This document shows positions 20,105-28,832 of a stretch of 64,000 bases of DNA, piece by piece. A program made the translations under genes and the position numbers. Within the stretch, counting starts at the first letter, position 1, and the number at the start of each line of letters is the position of its first letter. Where the stretch lies: positions 182,148-246,147 of IMG/VR virus record IMGVR_UViG_3300042922_000542. One strand, given 5' to 3'. Below the pieces are notes generated by a model. That model saw only the letters and a program-made list of their open reading frames with translations, ran no database searches and was not told where the DNA came from.

Positions 20105-22855
20105 TTAGATGATTCTAGCAATTTTCTTACCGCCGTCGACACGAAGTAATTTTTTAGTCACTTCACGTTTAATTCTAATTAATTGATATTTTGCAGTATT
20201 ATCACCATTGTTCGCAGCATCTTTAATCTTCTCATCTATAATTTCGAGTTCGGCTTTTAATTCACCGATCATCTCATTACGAATACGAAATTGATTTTTA
20301 TCATTAGTGATTTTGTTGGTGATAGCTAAAAACATAAATACTGGATTGAATAGTAATTTAGCTTTTAATAAAGAGCCGGTCATGATAGCATTCCTAATGG
20401 CTCTATATAAATTCTGCCTTGAACGAGGATCTGCCATTTTTTCTTTCATTTGATTCTCATTCAAATCTTTCCATTGATTAAGCATACCATTTATCCATCC
20501 AACGGTACGAGTTGTTGGTTTCATAAATGTTTTACCAACATTAATTGCACTCTGCACAGTCTTTTTTATTTCCTGTTGCTTTCCACTTAAATTCCTGTCA
20601 ATATCCATCAATGTATCTCTTATCGGATGATCCGATTCTGGTTTAGCAGGTTCTTCAGTTGATTCGATAATCACATCAAATATACTATCGGAATTTGATT
20701 CATTATCGTTTAATAATGGTTCTATATCATCAGAATTGATGATCGATGATTCATTGAATACTTGATTATTTAAAAATGCTTTAGCACTCATAATCATTTG
20801 TACTTCTATGACAGCATATTTTTGTAAAGCTTCATATGCAGTATCATATATACCATCAACATCATCATCTTCATTCATATCCTCAGGACCTTTAGATACC
20901 AACTTAGCATTTATTATATATCGCCAAATTCCACCATTATCATCTCCGGGCAAATCATCACCAAGGTCAACTATTGCAAATGAAATATCATTGGTTGATA
21001 ATTTTTTAAGTGCATTATTAAGTTTAACGATGTTTGATTTTTGAATAACACCTGTTAACATATCGCCTACAAATATTAATGTATCCTCATTATGCATCTC
21101 TTTTTTATCGCCGGCCCAACCGAAATAAGCTTTAATTGGTTCTTCGATTTCAACGCCACCATCAGTGGATTTATAGAAATATTTTAAAATACTATCTGAA
21201 TCAATATTGTCAAAGTGTGTTTGGAAATATTTGCTGGCTAATTCAATATATGGTTTAAGATTCTTTATTGTAGTACCAATTATTTTTGATACCATTTCAC
21301 ATACATATTTGGCCTCTTTTTTAGTCATTACAGCAGCATATGTTATCACACCAACTATTCCAATACCAAATATTACGATGGGTGCAAACAATGTTATCAT
21401 AATTAATGTGGATAATATTGTCATGATAGCACCTTCACTCATAGGTTTAGGTTGAACATCAATACCATCCATTATATCAATAGAAAACATGTCAGTTGAT
21501 TCAGTCTTTGTTTCATCAGATTTGGTATCAACATTATATGACAATGTCGAATGTGTTGAATGATCATCATTACGATGTTTATTAAATGAATTATTATAAG
21601 TATAATAATAATTATTAACTTGACCATCATGTTTTAACGACGGTTTAGAATCATCGTCAACCTTGTCATTATCTTTAACAATAATTTTAGCTGGCGTAAT
21701 ATCATCAGGCACTGGTTGTTTGATATAATCTGTTGGTTTTAAATCAGCATTAATCTCTGTCTCTGGTGCGATAGTAGATTGTTGATCATTATCATCTTCG
21801 CCATATGATAAAATTTGATGCTGTTTCAGATAATCTGGTAATTTACCATATTTTTTATCCCTAGTAGATTCAATTAATCCAGGAATATCTTGTTTAGATA
21901 ATACTTTTTTACTAACAGTTGTTGGGGGTAGCATATCAACGATATCAGCACATGATTCATTTTCAGGAAGTAAACCATCAAATTCTTCATATATCGATAT
22001 TATGTCATCTTCGATTGCTTTGATATCATCAAAATTCTCCAACGTAGTCATATAATATTCTTTAAATGAAATATAATCATGCATATGATTAATTTCTTCT
22101 TCAGTATACTCAATGAATTTCTCTTCATCCATCAGAACTGATTCTTTATGGAGAATAGCATTTTTTAATTTAATTGATTTGACAATACCCTCTAATGACT
22201 CTTCTGTGAATTTCTTTTTTAAGGTATTTAATTTGTCGGAAGGTGATTTAATATCCTTTGATGCTTCCAGCAGCCATTGATATAAGGTTGGATTACCATC
22301 AGAACTATTAACAGCTTCTGATAAAAATTGAAATACTATATCAGCCTTATTATTTCTTTCAGCTGTAATGATAACATCGGGAATCGCAGCTTCACCAAAT
22401 TGAGATAATACCTTAGGTATATTTGAATTGAAATATTCATTATAGTATAATTTAGTATATTCATCATGAGATGCATCCAGTTCATCTTTATATGCCTCAA
22501 ACATAATAAATGAATTTTTATATTCATTCTTAAATGACTCCAACATTTCTTTAGATTCATTATAAATACTAGAATCAATACCACGGTATTTACACTGTTT
22601 GATAGCATTGTCAAATGATTCCATAATACTATCATATTTAATTAACGGGATACCATATTTTTCAATAAATTCTCTAAATGTTTTTACACCATGATTAGAT
22701 GTAATTATATATTCTAGATTTGATGCATAAAGATATGGATCATTTTGTAGAGAATTATTTACGGCTTCAATGTAATTATTAATATCAGATTGCAAGCCTG
22801 AAGATTTAGCTGATTGATACAATAATTTTATATCTTTCAAATTAATCAACTCCAT
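20105..22855 (-). CDS. large putative internal head protein
   Basis: More than 10 xxE-S/A motifs, an internal hydrophobic segment and a C-terminal coiled coil; CACA-N6-TA at 22887-22898. Confidence 0.6.
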   Translation of the reverse strand: MELINLKDIKLLYQSAKSSGLQSDINNYIEAVNNSLQNDPYLYASNLEYIITSNHGVKTFREFIEKYGIPLIKYDSIMESFDNAIKQCKYRGIDSSIYNESKEMLESFKNEYKNSFIMFEAYKDELDASHDEYTKLYYNEYFNSNIPKVLSQFGEAAIPDVIITAERNNKADIVFQFLSEAVNSSDGNPTLYQWLLEASKDIKSPSDKLNTLKKKFTEESLEGIVKSIKLKNAILHKESVLMDEEKFIEYTEEEINHMHDYISFKEYYMTTLENFDDIKAIEDDIISIYEEFDGLLPENESCADIVDMLPPTTVSKKVLSKQDIPGLIESTRDKKYGKLPDYLKQHQILSYGEDDNDQQSTIAPETEINADLKPTDYIKQPVPDDITPAKIIVKDNDKVDDDSKPSLKHDGQVNNYYYTYNNSFNKHRNDDHSTHSTLSYNVDTKSDETKTESTDMFSIDIMDGIDVQPKPMSEGAIMTILSTLIMITLFAPIVIFGIGIVGVITYAAVMTKKEAKYVCEMVSKIIGTTIKNLKPYIELASKYFQTHFDNIDSDSILKYFYKSTDGGVEIEEPIKAYFGWAGDKKEMHNEDTLIFVGDMLTGVIQKSNIVKLNNALKKLSTNDISFAIVDLGDDLPGDDNGGIWRYIINAKLVSKGPEDMNEDDDVDGIYDTAYEALQKYAVIEVQMIMSAKAFLNNQVFNESSIINSDDIEPLLNDNESNSDSIFDVIIESTEEPAKPESDHPIRDTLMDIDRNLSGKQQEIKKTVQSAINVGKTFMKPTTRTVGWINGMLNQWKDLNENQMKEKMADPRSRQNLYRAIRNAIMTGSLLKAKLLFNPVFMFLAITNKITNDKNQFRIRNEMIGELKAELEIIDEKIKDAANNGDNTAKYQLIRIKREVTKKLLRVDGGKKIARII

Positions 22856-22895
22856 TTCTAAATTATTTTATTATAAGTTAAACTATTAATATTCT

Positions 22896-24644
22896 GTGAG
22901 AGAGGAAATACAAGCAATGGTTAAGACAACTAAAAACAAAAATGAAATCTCTAAGATTAATGAAATTCAAATGCAAAAAATTAAAGTCTTTTATAAGAGA
23001 TCAATTCTTAAATCGATTATGAAGATTCTATTAATGGAGCACTCTGGATATAGAACCGTAAAATCCGTCAAGAATATAAATAGAGTATTTTCAAATCTCG
23101 ATTTAGATTTATACAATAAATCTGCAGAGTTAATTTCTTATATATGGTGTATAAGCAATATAAGTAAAAAATGGTTGGAGGGCATAGTAAATACCGACTT
23201 AATAATTGAATGGTGCAAACGACAAACGGATTTTGATAACATTAAGGAAAATATCATACAGGCATGCATAGATGATCCTCAAATAATATCGGAGCCTGAG
23301 GCAAAGATGATATTTGATCTAATATCAGAGGCGTTACAATTTGGATTTCTGGCTGGAATTAAAAATGAATATTTAGCATTATTAGATGATATTAATTTAG
23401 ATCAACCTGGTGCATTTAAAGAGTTAGCTGAAAGATTATTTTCAATATCCAATTCCGTAATTGATATTAAACATAATACAAATTTCGTATCAAATAAAGT
23501 TACATTTAATACATCTGATATTGATAGTGTTAAACATGCTATATCTCAAACGATTGGTTCTTTATCAGCATCGAATAGTATGCTTAAGACTGGTATACGA
23601 CGTTTAAATACTCTATTATCACCAGCTTATATGAATGGGAGAATTTACATATATTTGGGATTGCCGGCATCATTTAAATCAGGTATTTTATTAAAATCTG
23701 CATTAGATATTCGTAAATATAACCCGGATTTTAAAACAAAGACCCCAGGTCTGAAACCTGCAGTATTATACATAACAATGGAAAATGGATTTACCGAAAC
23801 AATCGAACGTATTTGGAATATGACATTTGATGATGACATTTCAAATTATACGCCAGAAGAAGCTAGTTCTAAAATAATGGAAGAGCTTGGTATCGGCGTA
23901 CCAACTACATATAATCTTGATGACGGTCCAGATAAGATGGCAAAATTAGAAACCGATGGAGCGTCTAATATTGAAATAGTAATAAAATATTTTTCATATA
24001 GAGAAATATGCACTGATGATATATTTACGATTATACAGGATTTGAGAGATAGCGGCCTTGAAGTATGTGCACTTGTATTTGATTATATTAAAAGAATTAG
24101 GCCTAATGTATCTGCAGCAGATAATGTTAAATTGGAACTTGATAGAATATGTAATGAACTAAAAGCAATGTCTGTTATATTAGATATACCTGTTATAACA
24201 GCACACCAGATGAATCGTAGTGCAGCATCGACAGTAGATAATGCAGTCCGAGCTGGAAAAGCCGATGTAACAAAAATGGTTGGCCGTGAAAATGTCGGTA
24301 GTGCATGGGAAGTTATTGAGGTTGCAGACTGGGCATGTGTATTAAATATAGAATATAAACCGGGAACCGATGATAAATATTTAGTATTCAATGTAGTTAA
24401 ACGAAGGAGAATCGATTCTACCGCAGGTGATGTTGCAAAATATACATACTTAGCACATCCATTTGCCAAGGATAACGGATTGCGATTATTAGATGATATT
24501 CACTTGGATAAAGTATTATCATTGCAATCATTAATTAATGACATCGATAATATAGTCGGTAAGGATAAAACAAATGCAGTTCCTAGAGTAAATAAGATAG
24601 AGCAACGAGATTTTATTGAAGATGTTGAATACGATATTGATTAA
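22896..24644 (+). CDS. DnaB-like replicative helicase (start probably ATG 22917)
   Basis: Walker A GLPASFKSG, YITMEN, VFDYI and ITAHQMNR SF4 motifs. Confidence 0.9.
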   Translation: MREEIQAMVKTTKNKNEISKINEIQMQKIKVFYKRSILKSIMKILLMEHSGYRTVKSVKNINRVFSNLDLDLYNKSAELISYIWCISNISKKWLEGIVNTDLIIEWCKRQTDFDNIKENIIQACIDDPQIISEPEAKMIFDLISEALQFGFLAGIKNEYLALLDDINLDQPGAFKELAERLFSISNSVIDIKHNTNFVSNKVTFNTSDIDSVKHAISQTIGSLSASNSMLKTGIRRLNTLLSPAYMNGRIYIYLGLPASFKSGILLKSALDIRKYNPDFKTKTPGLKPAVLYITMENGFTETIERIWNMTFDDDISNYTPEEASSKIMEELGIGVPTTYNLDDGPDKMAKLETDGASNIEIVIKYFSYREICTDDIFTIIQDLRDSGLEVCALVFDYIKRIRPNVSAADNVKLELDRICNELKAMSVILDIPVITAHQMNRSAASTVDNAVRAGKADVTKMVGRENVGSAWEVIEVADWACVLNIEYKPGTDDKYLVFNVVKRRRIDSTAGDVAKYTYLAHPFAKDNGLRLLDDIHLDKVLSLQSLINDIDNIVGKDKTNAVPRVNKIEQRDFIEDVEYDID

Positions 24645-24663
24645 AGATTATAGGAGATGAAAG

Positions 24664-24972
24664 ATGAAGGAAACCATATTAGTACTACTATTCATAGTTA
24701 TAATATTAATGGCATTTAATTCGACAATGACTCTATTTTCAAACGTAAGAATACGGAAACAAATCAATCATATTATTTCAAATCATAATGACCTTATACA
24801 TATAATGGAAGAAGAAAATAGACAACTACAAAATCGATTATTAATAATACCAAATGAAATTATAACATCGATTGAGAAAGTAATTCAAAAACATAACGTG
24901 TCCGATGAGAATATGAAGATATTTACGGATGTAACTTCAGCTCATAAAGATGAAGATATAGAAATAAAATAA
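24664..24972 (+). CDS. small membrane protein with coiled coil
   Basis: N-terminal TM segment ILVLLFIVIILMAF; GGAG SD. Confidence 0.7.
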   Translation: MKETILVLLFIVIILMAFNSTMTLFSNVRIRKQINHIISNHNDLIHIMEEENRQLQNRLLIIPNEIITSIEKVIQKHNVSDENMKIFTDVTSAHKDEDIEIK

Positions 24973-24981
24973 TAGAATAAA

Positions 24982-25013
24982 TTATCATAGGGATACTGAT
25001 ATCCCTATGATAA
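24982..25013. terminator. bidirectional terminator
   Basis: TTATCATAGGGATA/TATCCCTATGATAA between convergent genes. Confidence 0.85.
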
Positions 25014-25024
25014 CTATTTTTTTA

Positions 25025-25315
25025 TTATAATTCAGTATCTAAAAAATTACTTAATTCAGAATTAGAATCTTCATATGGAAATTCATCTAATTCGTCCATA
25101 TCTATATCATCTAATAAATCATCATCACCAACTTTATTCTTATAAATATTGATTAGACGTGCCTCCATAATTGATGCTTGTTCTGCTATAAATTCGAATG
25201 TTTCGCGATTTTCACTATCTTCATTTTTTAATTCACATATATCTTGTATAAATGAATCGATTTTCATTATCGACTGTTTTAATATGCACTCATTCATTAT
25301 ATTATTCCTCCTCAA
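25025..25315 (-). CDS. small acidic hypothetical protein
   Basis: Follows the propeller gene; GAGGAGG SD before the internal ATG (MNECILK). Confidence 0.65.
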   Translation of the reverse strand: MRRNNIMNECILKQSIMKIDSFIQDICELKNEDSENRETFEFIAEQASIMEARLINIYKNKVGDDDLLDDIDMDELDEFPYEDSNSELSNFLDTEL

Positions 25316-25329
25316 TTTATATAAATTGT

Positions 25330-26430
25330 CTATCTAGAATAGCGTATACCAGCAGTCGAAGAACTAGCTACCCACATCCCATTATCATAACAACAATATA
25401 CAAAATTACCAGTTGTTATATTACTTTGTGTCCATGTCATACCATCTATAGAGTAATACAATCCTACAGAACTACCCGCAATCCATATACCATTTGCATA
25501 TGTACAATATGGAAAACTATTAGTGGTAATATTACTTTGTATCCAAGTCATACCATCGGTAGAATAATAAATACCCCTACCAGCATAACCACCTGCAATC
25601 CATATACCATTACTACCATAACAACTCATAAATCCACCGGTGGTTATATTACTCGGAGTCCATGTTATGCCATCTGTAGAATATCTCATACCAGAACCAT
25701 TGACACTAGCAAGCATATATATATTATTGTAATATGATACCGCCGCCCAATTAAGACTTGTGATGTTACCTCGAGCCCAAGTAATCCCATCAGTGGAATA
25801 CCATACACCATTATTAGAAGAAGCTACATTGCTAGCAGCAGCAACCCATTTTCCGTCTCCATAACAACAATCATTAAAATTACCAGTTTTGATATTACTC
25901 TGAGTCCAAGTTATACCATCAGTAGAATAATAAATACCCTTACCGTTAGTATCCATAACACCACTATGACCGATTGTAACCCAAACACCATTTGCATATT
26001 GAGCCCAAATAAACCTACCTGTCGTTACATTACTCTGAGTCCAATTTATACCGTCAGTTGAATAAAAGAGTCCGGTGCTAGCAGCACAAGCAACCCATAT
26101 ATTATTTGCATAATAACAATAAGCCATACTCGCGGTTGCTCCGTTACACATGTACCAGGTCTCTCCATCCGTTGAGTAACGTAAGCCACCAGTGCCCGTA
26201 TAACCACAGGAAACCCACACACCAGTACCATAACGACAATTTCTAAAATATCCAGTAGTTAAATTAGATTGATTCCAAATCATACCCGGTATCATTTGTC
26301 CGTGTACCCTTCTGTTTATACCAGCATCAGCTGTATATATTTCATATACATTCCTATTTACACCAACATCCATAATATGGTGACTTATTATTTTTTTATT
26401 AATTCCATCGATTGATTTATATATAGCCAT
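25330..26430 (-). CDS. Asp-box/BNR-repeat beta-propeller protein, putative receptor-binding or tail adhesin
   Basis: About 8 repeats of WVA...GxYYSTDGITWTQSNIT. Confidence 0.75.
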   Translation of the reverse strand: MAIYKSIDGINKKIISHHIMDVGVNRNVYEIYTADAGINRRVHGQMIPGMIWNQSNLTTGYFRNCRYGTGVWVSCGYTGTGGLRYSTDGETWYMCNGATASMAYCYYANNIWVACAASTGLFYSTDGINWTQSNVTTGRFIWAQYANGVWVTIGHSGVMDTNGKGIYYSTDGITWTQSNIKTGNFNDCCYGDGKWVAAASNVASSNNGVWYSTDGITWARGNITSLNWAAVSYYNNIYMLASVNGSGMRYSTDGITWTPSNITTGGFMSCYGSNGIWIAGGYAGRGIYYSTDGMTWIQSNITTNSFPYCTYANGIWIAGSSVGLYYSIDGMTWTQSNITTGNFVYCCYDNGMWVASSSTAGIRYSR

Positions 26431-26448
26431 ATCATTATGCCCCCCCCA

Positions 26449-27936
26449 TTATAGATCTATTACAGTAAATTTCTTAGATTTTCTTTTTAATAATTCGGCC
26501 CTACTAGAACCCCATGCTCTCAATTGTGGTACAGATGCATCAACTATATCGTACATATATGTATCTTTGCCATCGGATCGTCTTCGTAGCCTACCAGAAA
26601 CCTGTTCAGCCAATATCGGAGATTTAAATTGTTCAGCACATACTAAAACCGATAAATCCTTTACATCAAATCCGGTTCCACTGGATTTAACAGTTGATAT
26701 CAAAATATCAGCTTTACTTTTTACGGCATCATTAACTTCTTTACTATTATGCGAATGTATTGTTCCAACAAAATATTTCGGAAACATCTTTTGAATATGG
26801 TCCGCTAATATTTCAACTGATTCAATTGTAGGGGATAATATCAACATTCTACCGTATGGTATCTTAGATGCAATTTTAACAATTTCTAATATTTTATTAA
26901 CGAATACAGTCTTCCTATTAGGTGGAATGACTAATGCAGTATACTTCGGTATACTAATTCCATATCGCATCCATTTCTTATCTCTTTCATTATATCGCTT
27001 TGATGTAGAAACGCTTTTAATTTCATCATCAGTCAATTCGGATGTAGCCCAATACATAAAACAATTCATATGAGGTTTATGCCCATAAATATTGCCAGGT
27101 TTCCTATTAAATACTGTAGGATCTTTATCTTTAACTCTAAATATTTCTATCGCACTAAACATCTGATGATACAATTTATTTTCTTCTTCTGCAGATCTAC
27201 CGAATGTCGCTGTCAAATACCAGTTATTTTTTATATTTGAGCTTCCATCTATTTTAATTGTATTATGAAAATACATGTGTACTTCATCTATTACCTTAAC
27301 TCCAAATTTATTAGCTTTCATTATTTTTTCTAGATCATATTTTCTATTTAAGCTACTTAGTGTTGCTTGAAGAACTATCGTGAAATCAGTCTTGATATTA
27401 AAGAATTTATTTGGGCTATCGACTTCAGTAATATTACTTTCAGGCACATTAAACATTCTGATCAACGATTCTTTCCACTGTCCCCTGATATTTGTTGTTG
27501 GGACGATTATTAAAGATCTCATACCAATTTCAAGAAGGCATGAAATAGTCATACTTGTTTTACCCGTACCAGGCCCAGCTATAATACCAATATTATTTCC
27601 CTTCTTCGCATTTTCAATTGTAAATCCAATTACATCTTTTTGTAATTGATCCCTTGGCGTAAAGGAGCCACTATCAGGTTTTTTTATAGTTGCATAATCC
27701 CAGTATGTATTAGACTTATCTTCGATTGTAATCTTAAATAAATTTGTCACGATTTTTTCCAATCCGGTTGGTAAATATATAATTTCCTTATCATCATCTC
27801 TATAGATAAAAATGTTATCCATTGTTGAGACTAATTTCTCAATTTCATGGTCTTCAGTTTCAGTATATTCAGTGACTATTAATCTAGATCGCTCTTTAAC
27901 AATTTTCATTTTTAGCACCTTCTTTAATTTATTCAT
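26449..27936 (-). CDS. superfamily 2 DNA helicase (UvsW/ResIII-like; start probably near 27909)
   Basis: PRDQLQ, GPGTGKT, DEVH, LTAT, GTGFD and QVSGRLRR motifs. Confidence 0.9.
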   Translation of the reverse strand: MNKLKKVLKMKIVKERSRLIVTEYTETEDHEIEKLVSTMDNIFIYRDDDKEIIYLPTGLEKIVTNLFKITIEDKSNTYWDYATIKKPDSGSFTPRDQLQKDVIGFTIENAKKGNNIGIIAGPGTGKTSMTISCLLEIGMRSLIIVPTTNIRGQWKESLIRMFNVPESNITEVDSPNKFFNIKTDFTIVLQATLSSLNRKYDLEKIMKANKFGVKVIDEVHMYFHNTIKIDGSSNIKNNWYLTATFGRSAEEENKLYHQMFSAIEIFRVKDKDPTVFNRKPGNIYGHKPHMNCFMYWATSELTDDEIKSVSTSKRYNERDKKWMRYGISIPKYTALVIPPNRKTVFVNKILEIVKIASKIPYGRMLILSPTIESVEILADHIQKMFPKYFVGTIHSHNSKEVNDAVKSKADILISTVKSSGTGFDVKDLSVLVCAEQFKSPILAEQVSGRLRRRSDGKDTYMYDIVDASVPQLRAWGSSRAELLKRKSKKFTVIDL

Positions 27937-28032
27937 TAATAATACGGTAAAAACGCATATTGTTTAATTATTAATATATATTATAAAGGTAATAGATAAG
28001 AATGATAATGATAAATTTATTGGAGGGATATT

Positions 28033-28146
28033 ATGTTATATAATATTATAATGGTTATACTAAAAATTTTAGAAGTCATGGCACTATGGTGCATATATAC
28101 AGTAATGGTGGATAATTTCAATTATAACGGTTGGAGAAAAAATTAA
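28033..28146 (+). CDS. 37-aa hydrophobic micropeptide (not in ORF track)
   Basis: GGAGG SD; MLYNIIMVILKILEVMALWCIYTVMVDNFNYNGWRKN. Confidence 0.6.
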   Translation: MLYNIIMVILKILEVMALWCIYTVMVDNFNYNGWRKN

Positions 28147-28163
28147 ATATCGGAGGGAATAAT

Positions 28164-28277
28164 ATGTTTAATAATATATTTACGATACTTTTAATAGCCG
28201 TAATCGGCTATGAGATTAAAATGATTGTCGATGGAATAAAAGAAGTATATCATGAAGTTATAAATTGGACCGAATAA
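28164..28277 (+). CDS. 37-aa hydrophobic micropeptide (not in ORF track)
   Basis: GGAGG SD; MFNNIFTILLIAVIGYEIKMIVDGIKEVYHEVINWTE. Confidence 0.65.
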   Translation: MFNNIFTILLIAVIGYEIKMIVDGIKEVYHEVINWTE

Positions 28278-28298
28278 AATAATAGGGAGGATAATAAT

Positions 28299-28430
28299 AT
28301 GATGAATTTAGTATTAACATTTTTAGTAGTAGCTGTGATTGGTATATTCGTAGGGACTTTAATTACTGAAGTAATTGATAATCACAAACGAGGAATATAT
28401 AATAAAATAAATAATAGTGAAATACACTAA
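28299..28430 (+). CDS. 43-aa single-TM micropeptide (not in ORF track)
   Basis: GGAGG SD; MMNLVLTFLVVAVIGIFVGTLITEVIDNHKRG... Confidence 0.65.
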   Translation: MMNLVLTFLVVAVIGIFVGTLITEVIDNHKRGIYNKINNSEIH

Positions 28431-28770
28431 ATTAGTTTAGATGATCGGGAATTCTACATACGTTTATAAGTAGAAACCGTTATGGTTATTAAATAACAAT
28501 GTGCGGATAAATTAAATGAAAGGAGGATTCGGACAAAAAATATTTAATAAACCATAAATAAACCCGGTTGCTAATATAGATCGCATTTACAATACATTGT
28601 CATTAATTAATATTTACTTTGGGGACGAGTAAACATTAGGTGAACGGATGAGTTATTTAATAAACCTAATCGACAACTGTATTGAATGTAAATCTCATCT
28701 AGGGGTAGTATGAATTAAAAGAGGGATTCTATTTGGGGAATAAAAGGGGTTTATATAAACCCCTTTTATT
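28431..28770 (+). ncRNA. candidate structured non-coding RNA of unknown family
   Basis: ORF-free 340 nt with two nested multi-stem domains, ending in a terminator. Confidence 0.5.
28739..28770 (+). terminator. intrinsic terminator
   Basis: AATAAAAGGGGTTTA/TAAACCCCTTTTATT followed by a T tract. Confidence 0.85.
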
Positions 28771-28832
28771 TTTTATATATTTTGAATACAATGACTCTTT
28801 TATAAAACACAATTTACGGAAGGTGGAATAAT

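Noticed and set aside
24664-24972. Holin assignment
   Set aside because: Single TM segment only and far from the endolysin; insufficient evidence.
25330-26430. DNA repeats as a CRISPR array or a diversity-generating retroelement template/variable pair
   Set aside because: The repeats are in-frame degenerate protein repeats. There is no spacer structure, no evident adenine-specific pair and no reverse transcriptase in the window.
26440-26447. G8 tract (minus strand) as a phase-variable RBS of the propeller gene
   Set aside because: G-run SDs occur before other genes here (e.g. 13621 and 33785), and there is no evidence of length variation.
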